DNA from: Candidatus Methylomirabilia bacterium
GTDB lineage: Bacteria > Methylomirabilota > Methylomirabilia > Rokubacteriales > CSP1-6
Direction: 5' to 3'
Length of the DNA: 12,535 nucleotides
Assembly: GCA_041496385.1 (NCBI GenBank)
Contig: JBGQEL010000124.1
Location: forward strand, 1-12,535
The notes beneath the pieces were generated by a model. The model was not told where the DNA came from. It ran no database searches and saw only the letters and a list, made by a program, of their open reading frames with translations. Positions 7,448 through 12,535 of the stretch are shown piece after piece. Both the position numbers and the translations under genes were made by a program. Each line of letters opens with the position of its first letter. Position 1 is the first letter of the stretch.

Positions 7448-7803
7448 CGACCCAGGAGGTCGCCGAGAAGCTCTACTACCGCATCGGCGAGGTAGAGGCG
7501 ATCACCGGCGTTCCGGCGTACGTGCTCCGCTACTGGGAGTCCGAGTTCAAGCTGCTCCGGCCGAAGAAGAACGAGGCCGGGCAGCGCCTCTACCGGCGGC
7601 GGGATCTCGACCTCGTCACGCGCATCAAGACCTTGCTCTACGAGGAGCGGCTCACCCTGGAGGGCGCGAAGAAGCGCCTGCTCGCCGAGTCGCGTCGCTC
7701 GACCGACCAGCTCGAGCTCGGCATGAAGGAAGCCGCCTACGCCGACGCGCTCCGGCGCGTCCGGGACCGGCTCACCGCGCTTCGCGGGCGGCTCACACCT
7801 TGA
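7444..7803 (+). CDS. MerR-family HTH transcriptional regulator (ihfA-associated type), probable CTG start, 119 aa
   Basis: KLYYRIGEVEAITGVPAYVLRYWESEFKLLRPKKNEAGQRLYRRRDL...LLYEERLTLEGAKKRL is a MerR HTH. CTG 7444-7446 overlaps the ihfA TGA 7445-7447. Confidence 0.85.
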   Translation: MTTQEVAEKLYYRIGEVEAITGVPAYVLRYWESEFKLLRPKKNEAGQRLYRRRDLDLVTRIKTLLYEERLTLEGAKKRLLAESRRSTDQLELGMKEAAYADALRRVRDRLTALRGRLTP

Positions 7804-7828
7804 AGGAAGCCCCCGTATCTGCGACAAT
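7800..7828 (+). promoter_or_regulatory. Putative sigma70-type promoter for tRNA-Pro(GGG)-surE-pcm
   Basis: TTGAAG (7800-7805), a 17-nt spacer, then GACAAT (7823-7828) with a TG extension at 7820-7821, 13 nt before the tRNA. Confidence 0.55.
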
Positions 7829-7841
7829 CCAGCCCTGAGGT

Positions 7842-7918
7842 CGGGGCGTGGCGCAGCCCGGTAGCGCACATGACTGGGGGTCATGGGGTCGCAGGTTCAA
7901 ATCCTGTCGCCCCGACCA
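7842..7918 (+). tRNA. tRNA-Pro(GGG)
   Basis: Acceptor CGGGGCG/CGCCCCG, D-stem GCGC/GCGC, anticodon arm CATGA-CTGGGGG-TCATG (GGG at 7876-7878), T arm GCAGG-TTCAAAT-CCTGT, discriminator A, encoded CCA. 77 nt. Confidence 0.98.
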
Positions 7919-7930
7919 ATTTTCTCCCCT

Positions 7931-8710
7931 ATGCCCGTTCTGCTCATCACCAACGATGACGGCGTGCACGCCGCCGGACTCGCGGCGCTCGCCCGGGCGC
8001 TCGACGAGCTCGGAGACGTGCACGTCGTCGCGCCCGAGCGCGAGCAGAGCGCCTGCGGGCACGCGCTGACGCTTCACCGGCCGCTCCGCGTGGAGCGTCT
8101 CGGCGACCGGCGGTTTTCGGTCAACGGCACCCCCTCCGACTGCGTGAACCTGGGCATCCTCGGCTTCCTGCCCGAGCGGCCCGTGCTCGTCGTCGCCGGC
8201 GTGAACCACGGCTCCAACCTCGGCGACGACGTCACCTACTCGGGGACCGTCTCCGCGGCGATGGAGGGGACGCTCCTCGGCGTGCCCTCCATCGCGGTCT
8301 CACTGGCGGGTGGCGGCGATTTCGACGGCGCGGCGGCCGTCGCGCGCACGGTCGCGACGCGCGTGCTGGTCACCGGCCTTCCGCGCAAGACGCTGCTCAA
8401 CGTGAACGTGCCCGCCGGCGAATCGAACGGCATCCGCCTCACGCGGCTCGGTCACCGCGTCTACAGCGAGAAGATCGTGGAGCAGATGGATCCGCGCGGC
8501 CGGACCCACTACTGGATCGGCGGCGGCGCGCCGGAGTGGGAGGAGCTGGCGGGCACGGACATGGGCGCGATCCACGAGGGCTACGTCTCGGTCACCCCGC
8601 TCCACCTCGATCTCACCAACCACCGGGCGCTCGACCAGCTCGCCGATCTCGTCACCACCCTCGACGCCCGGCACCGGCCCGCGGCCAGGACCCGCACGCG
8701 GAGAGGGTAG
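7931..8710 (+). CDS. surE: 5'/3'-nucleotidase SurE (259 aa)
   Basis: LLITNDDGVHAAG, VVAPEREQSACGHALTLHRPLR, GTPSDCV, GVNHGSNLGDDVTYSGTVSAAMEG, VSVTPLHLDLT. ATG 7931 chosen because the longer ORF-track start lies inside the tRNA. Confidence 0.96.
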   Translation: MPVLLITNDDGVHAAGLAALARALDELGDVHVVAPEREQSACGHALTLHRPLRVERLGDRRFSVNGTPSDCVNLGILGFLPERPVLVVAGVNHGSNLGDDVTYSGTVSAAMEGTLLGVPSIAVSLAGGGDFDGAAAVARTVATRVLVTGLPRKTLLNVNVPAGESNGIRLTRLGHRVYSEKIVEQMDPRGRTHYWIGGGAPEWEELAGTDMGAIHEGYVSVTPLHLDLTNHRALDQLADLVTTLDARHRPAARTRTRRG

Positions 8711-9366
8711 TGGAGCGCGCGCACGATCCGTTCGAGGCTCCGCGCGCGCAGATGGTCGAGACGCAGCTCATGCCGCGCGGGATCATCGACGCGCGCGTGC
8801 TCGCCGCGATGCGCAAGGTGCCGCGGCACCTCTTCATGGAGGAGGCGCTGCGCGGCCGCGCGTACGGCGACCATCCGCTGCCGATCGGCGAGGAGCAGAC
8901 GATCTCGCAGCCGTACATCGTCGCCCTCATGACGCAGCTCCTCGAGCTGGCGGGCACGGAGAAGGTGCTCGAGGTCGGTACGGGCTCGGGCTATCAGACG
9001 GCCGTGCTCGCCGAGCTCGCGCGGCGCGTCTGCTCGATCGAGCGTCTGCCACGCCTGGCCGAGCGCGCGCGCGCCCTCCTGGAAGGCCTCGGCCTCACCA
9101 ATGTCTGGGTGCGCGTGGGCAGCGGCACGCTCGGCTGGCCCGACGAGGCGCCCTTCGAGCGCATCCTGGTCACCGCGGGCGGACCGGGTATCCCGCCGCC
9201 GCTCGTCCAGCAGCTCGCCGAGGGCGGGCGCATGGTCCTCCCGATCGGCGACGCCGAGAATCAGCGGCTCACCGTGCTCGAGAAGGTGCACGGGACGGTG
9301 ACGACGCGCGAGGCCGGCGAGTGCAAGTTCGTGAAGCTCGTCGGAAAGTACGCCTGGGACTCCTGA
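8710..9366 (+). CDS. pcm: Protein-L-isoaspartate O-methyltransferase (218 aa)
   Basis: VPRHLF, AYGDHPLPIGEEQTISQPYIVA, VLEVGTGSGYQTA, GWPDEAPFERILVTAG, FVKLVG. GTG 8710 overlaps the surE TAG (TAGTG), with GGAGAGG just upstream. Confidence 0.96.
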   Translation: MERAHDPFEAPRAQMVETQLMPRGIIDARVLAAMRKVPRHLFMEEALRGRAYGDHPLPIGEEQTISQPYIVALMTQLLELAGTEKVLEVGTGSGYQTAVLAELARRVCSIERLPRLAERARALLEGLGLTNVWVRVGSGTLGWPDEAPFERILVTAGGPGIPPPLVQQLAEGGRMVLPIGDAENQRLTVLEKVHGTVTTREAGECKFVKLVGKYAWDS

Positions 9367-9385
9367 CTACCTCTCCCGACGAGCT

Positions 9386-9395
9386 TGTGTACAAT
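9386..9395 (+). promoter_or_regulatory. Putative -10 element (TACAAT) upstream of tRNA-Pro(CGG)
   Basis: TGTG-TACAAT, with TACAAT at 9390-9395, in an AT-rich intergenic gap 12 nt before the tRNA. No good -35. Confidence 0.5.
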
Positions 9396-9407
9396 AGGCC
9401 CATTCTT

Positions 9408-9484
<77 letters not shown>

Positions 9485-9491
9485 CTTTCTC

Positions 9492-9530
9492 GACGGCCGC
9501 CGGTGGGCGCAGCCCCGCCGGCGGCCGGTC
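9492..9530. repeat. Strong GC inverted repeat (hairpin) between tRNA-Pro(CGG) and acyP
   Basis: CGGCCGCCGGTGGG (9494-9507) pairs with CCCGCCGGCGGCCG (9514-9527): 14 bp including one G-U pair, 6-nt loop, extendable with GAC/GTC. No U-tract follows. Confidence 0.85.
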
Positions 9531-9534
9531 TCTG

Positions 9535-9852
9535 ATGAACCCGGACCCAATCCTCGTGAGCGGGAGATCTGCAGCGGAGATCGTCGTGGAAGGGCGCGTG
9601 CAAGGCGTCGGCTACCGCTATTTCGCGCAGCGCCGCGCCCAGAGCCTCGGTCTCGCCGGCTACGTCAGCAACCTCAAGGACGGGCGCGTCCGCGCGCACG
9701 CCGAGGGTCCGCGCGCGATCATCGAAGATTTCGTCCGCGCGCTCGAAAAGGGGCCGCCACTCTCGCACGTCGACACCGTCACGGTCCGCTGGGTGCCGCC
9801 GACCGGACGGTTCGACGATTTCGGCGTGCGCTTCGCGGAGTTCGAGCCGTGA
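9535..9852 (+). CDS. acyP: Acylphosphatase
   Basis: VEGRVQGVGYRYF, GLAGYVSNLKDGRV, GPPLSHV and FDDFGVR. Alternative start GTG 9556. Confidence 0.92.
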   Translation: MNPDPILVSGRSAAEIVVEGRVQGVGYRYFAQRRAQSLGLAGYVSNLKDGRVRAHAEGPRAIIEDFVRALEKGPPLSHVDTVTVRWVPPTGRFDDFGVRFAEFEP

Positions 9853-10667
9853 GGGGCGCCTGCGCGCTGGCCGTGCTGTCCGCGGCGCTCGTCGCCGCGC
9901 CGCAGTGGGCACCGGCGGCGCATGCGGCGGAGGCCGCGCCGCCACCGAGCCGCACGCACGAGATCAAGAAGGGCGATACCCTCGGCGCCCTCGCCAGACG
10001 ATACGGCATCTCGGTGGCGGCGATCGTCAGGGCGAACCGGCTGCCGCGCGCCGGCGTCGTGCTGAAGCCCGGCCAGCGTCTCGTCATCCCGGCGGCGACG
10101 AGCGCGGCGGGCAAACCCGGCGACAACGCGCGGCAGCCGCCGCTCCGGCACGCGGCGATCGCGACGACGCGCCCCGCACCACCGCAGGGGCCGCGCGCTC
10201 CAGGCTTCCTCGTGCTCGCCATCCCGGACTTCGCCGACCCGCCGCCGGCCTTCCTCTGGCCGGCCGACGGCCCCGTGACCTCCGCCTTCGGCCGGCGCCG
10301 CAGCACCTGGCACCGCGGCATCGACATCAAGGCCGAGCAGGGCACGCCCGTGCAGGCGGCGGCGGCCGGCGTCGTGATCGCGAGCGGCGTGGAGCCACGC
10401 TACGGCAAGGTGATCAAGGTCGAGCACGAGGGGGGGTTCGTCACGATCTACGCGCACAACGACGACAACCGCGTGGACGTGGGCGCGCGCGTCGCCGCGG
10501 GCGAGACGATCGCGACGGTCGGCCGCACCGGCCGCGCGATGACGCACCACGTGCACTTCGAGATCCGGCGCGACGGCCGCAACTACAACCCGCTCTATCT
10601 CCTGCCGCTCCCGCCGCGCATCGCGCGCGTCGAGGAGACGGACGAGAACCCGCCCGACGATGAGTGA
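9849..10667 (+). CDS. Secreted LysM + M23 metallopeptidase (nlpD position upstream of rpoS)
   Basis: Signal peptide ending ...AAHA/A, LysM ([29 protein letters not shown]...[10 protein letters not shown]), and M23 ([33 protein letters not shown]). Confidence 0.92.
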   Translation: MRGACALAVLSAALVAAPQWAPAAHAAEAAPPPSRTHEIKKGDTLGALARRYGISVAAIVRANRLPRAGVVLKPGQRLVIPAATSAAGKPGDNARQPPLRHAAIATTRPAPPQGPRAPGFLVLAIPDFADPPPAFLWPADGPVTSAFGRRRSTWHRGIDIKAEQGTPVQAAAAGVVIASGVEPRYGKVIKVEHEGGFVTIYAHNDDNRVDVGARVAAGETIATVGRTGRAMTHHVHFEIRRDGRNYNPLYLLPLPPRIARVEETDENPPDDE

Positions 10668-11580
10668 CGAGCCCGACGAGGTCATCGCCGACGCGCCCCT
10701 CGACGCGCTGCCCGACGCGCCGGACAAGCACCTTCGCGCGGAGACGCGCGACACGAGCCGCACCAACCTGCGCGTCTATCTCGGCGAGATCGCGCGGATC
10801 CCGCTCCTCACGCGCGAGGAGGAGCACGCGCTGGCGCTCCGCGTCCGGGCGGGGGACGCCGACGCGAAGGCGCGCCTCACCGAGGCCAATCTTCGACTCG
10901 TCGTCCAGATCGCCCGCCGGTACCCGAACCGCGGCCTGGCGCTCCCCGATCTGATCGAGGAGGGCAACCTGGGCCTGCTTCGCGCGGTCGAGAAGTTCGA
11001 CGCGGACCGCGGCACCCGGTTCTCGACCTACGCGGTCTGGTGGATCCGCCAGGCCATCGTGCGCGCGCTGGCCAATCATGCGCGCACGATCCGCCTGCCG
11101 ATCCACGTCGGGCAGCTCCTCGGCCGCTACGCGCGCAAGCAGCAGCGGCTCGAGCAGACCCTGGGCCGCCGGGCGACGCCGTCGGAGATGGCCGAGGCGC
11201 TCGGCTTGACCGTGGAGCAGGTGCAGGAGCTGGAGGAGATCCGCCGGCCGCCGGTGCCGCTCGACGCGCCGGTGGCGGAGGGCAAGGGCCGCGTCGGCGA
11301 CCTCGTGGCCGATCCGGCGCCGGACCCGAGCGACGTGGTGGGCACCCTCCTCCGCAGCCGCGCCGAGCTCGCCACCGTGCTGGATGACCTCGCCGAGAAC
11401 GAGCGCAGCGTGCTCCGGCGTCGCTTCGGTCTCGACGGTGAGGACCCCGAGACGCTGGAGGCGATCGGCCGCCGCCTGGGGCTCACGCGCGAGCGTGTCC
11501 GGCAGATCGAGGCCGCCGGCCTGCGCAAGCTCAGGGCGCTGCTCGGCGCGCGCGGGGTCGACGCATCGGACCTCTCGTGA
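10660..11580 (+). CDS. rpoS: Group 2 sigma-70 factor, RpoS-like
   Basis: Region 1.2 [17 protein letters not shown], region 2 [12 protein letters not shown]...[18 protein letters not shown]...[19 protein letters not shown], and region 4 [20 protein letters not shown]. 306 aa with no region 1.1. Follows surE-pcm-LysM/M23. Confidence 0.8.
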   Translation: MSDEPDEVIADAPLDALPDAPDKHLRAETRDTSRTNLRVYLGEIARIPLLTREEEHALALRVRAGDADAKARLTEANLRLVVQIARRYPNRGLALPDLIEEGNLGLLRAVEKFDADRGTRFSTYAVWWIRQAIVRALANHARTIRLPIHVGQLLGRYARKQQRLEQTLGRRATPSEMAEALGLTVEQVQELEEIRRPPVPLDAPVAEGKGRVGDLVADPAPDPSDVVGTLLRSRAELATVLDDLAENERSVLRRRFGLDGEDPETLEAIGRRLGLTRERVRQIEAAGLRKLRALLGARGVDASDLS

Positions 11581-12182
11581 GCCGGCTGTGCCGGCTCCTC
11601 GGCGCTTGCGCCATCGTGGTCTACCTCGTCGCCGCCTTCACCCCACTCCCGAATCGCCTCGCGGCCGCGGCGCGCATCCCGGCCGAGCTCCAGCCCGCGG
11701 ACGCCATCGTCGTGCTCGGCGGCGCCGTCTCGGCCGACCGCGCCCTGACCGACTCGTCGCTGCGCCGGGCGATCCACGGCATTCGCCTCTACCGGCAGGA
11801 GCTGGCGCCGCTGCTCGTCCTGTGCGGCACCAGGACGAACGGCGTGTCCGAGGCCGCGGTCCGGGTGGACCTGGCGCGCGAGCTCGGCGTGCCGTCCACG
11901 GCCATCCTCACGGTCAGGACGGCGCGGACGACCCGTGAGGAGGCCGAGCAGAGCGCGGCGCTCCTGATACCACGCGGCGTGCGCCGCATCCTGCTCGTGA
12001 CCGATCCATTGCACATGGAGCGCGCCCGCGCGGTGTTCGTGCAGAATGGCTTCGACGTTCATCCCGCGCCGACCGTGCAGGTCCTGACCGCCGGCTCGGG
12101 GGAGGGGCGCCTGGGCATCGCGCGAGACCTCACGGAGGAATTCCTGGGGCGACTCCTCTACCGCGTGAACGCGCGCCCGTAG
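11577..12182 (+). CDS. YdcF/DUF218 (ElyC/SanA-like) family protein
   Basis: N-terminal TM helix, [25 protein letters not shown] and [17 protein letters not shown] overlap with the sigma gene. Confidence 0.85.
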   Translation: MSRLCRLLGACAIVVYLVAAFTPLPNRLAAAARIPAELQPADAIVVLGGAVSADRALTDSSLRRAIHGIRLYRQELAPLLVLCGTRTNGVSEAAVRVDLARELGVPSTAILTVRTARTTREEAEQSAALLIPRGVRRILLVTDPLHMERARAVFVQNGFDVHPAPTVQVLTAGSGEGRLGIARDLTEEFLGRLLYRVNARP

Positions 12183-12191
12183 GAGGACGAC

Positions 12192-12515
12192 GTGCTGAGG
12201 ATCTTCGTCTTCTCCCTGATCGGTGTGACCTCGCTGGGCGCATTCGCCCTCGGCGCGAACGCCCTGGGGCTCCGGCCGCAGCGGATCGGCCCCGCGCTCC
12301 TGGACATGCTCGAGGTCGTGGGCGCGACGGTCGCCTTCGCGGCGATCAACGTCGTCCTGGGCGCGGGCGCGATCCTCACGCTGCGCTCGCTGACGCCGTG
12401 GTTCCTGCCCCTCTACCTGGCCGCCGACACCTCGCTCCTGGTCTTCTCCCTCTTCCAGGCGCTGACCTTCTGCGCGTGGCGCGCTTACGAGCGCCGGCAG
12501 GGAGGTGCCAGATGA
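12192..12515 (+). CDS. Small hypothetical membrane protein (about 3 TM helices)
   Basis: Strong SD AGGAGG at 12181-12186 before GTG 12192. 107 aa, mostly hydrophobic. ATGA coupling to the next ORF. Confidence 0.7.
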   Translation: MLRIFVFSLIGVTSLGAFALGANALGLRPQRIGPALLDMLEVVGATVAFAAINVVLGAGAILTLRSLTPWFLPLYLAADTSLLVFSLFQALTFCAWRAYERRQGGAR

Positions 12516-12535
12516 CTCGCGAGCCGCTCGCTCCC
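12512..12535 (+). CDS. Start of next ORF (MTREPLAP...), truncated by the window end
   Basis: GGAGG at 12501-12505, then ATG 12512 overlapping the upstream TGA (ATGA). Only 8 codons are visible. Confidence 0.55.

Noticed and set aside
7800..7828. Possible MerR operator at the tRNA promoter
   Set aside because: The spacer is 17 nt rather than the 19-20 nt typical of MerR-activated promoters, and it has no clear dyad.
471..9291. Long minus-strand ORFs (471-1760, 2454-3944, 3529-5091, 6097-7884, 8581-9291 and others)
   Set aside because: They are antisense shadows of well-supported + strand genes, expected at high GC. They show no recognisable motifs.
9849..10660. Internal rpoS promoter within the nlpD-like gene, as in E. 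coli
   Set aside because: I found no convincing -10/-35 match by eye.
12521..12535. GAGCCGCTCGCTCCC resembles GAGCCGCTCTCCC before pgsA (1927-1939)
   Set aside because: The match is short and GC-rich, and the second copy lies within the coding start of the next ORF, so it is probably chance.

Overview
A very GC-rich bacterial chromosomal region in which every credible gene lies on the + strand, most of them joined by overlapping stop/start codons. The order is: miaA (3' part), hflX, pgsA-type CDP-alcohol phosphatidyltransferase, PDZ/radical-SAM DUF512 protein, der (engA), DUF3047 protein, membrane-anchored SPOR protein, ihfA, MerR-type HTH regulator, tRNA-Pro(GGG), surE, pcm, tRNA-Pro(CGG), acylphosphatase, LysM/M23 peptidase (nlpD position), RpoS-like sigma factor, YdcF/DUF218 protein, a small membrane protein, and the start of a further ORF. 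This is mostly housekeeping and stationary-phase synteny. I see no mobile element, CRISPR array or defence system, and I cannot claim a wholly new system. The main oddities are at the level of translation and domain architecture. Both der and the MerR gene lack any canonical start codon upstream of their conserved N-termini (candidates ATC/ACG and CTG). ihfA carries an in-frame CGA-AAG hexamer with a -1 frame open into merR. hfq is absent from miaA-hflX. The SPOR domain appears split by a nested SPOR-like module. An extended -10 promoter is hidden in the DUF3047 tail. A strong hairpin sits between the second tRNA and acyP. All family assignments come from motif recognition by eye, not from database searches.
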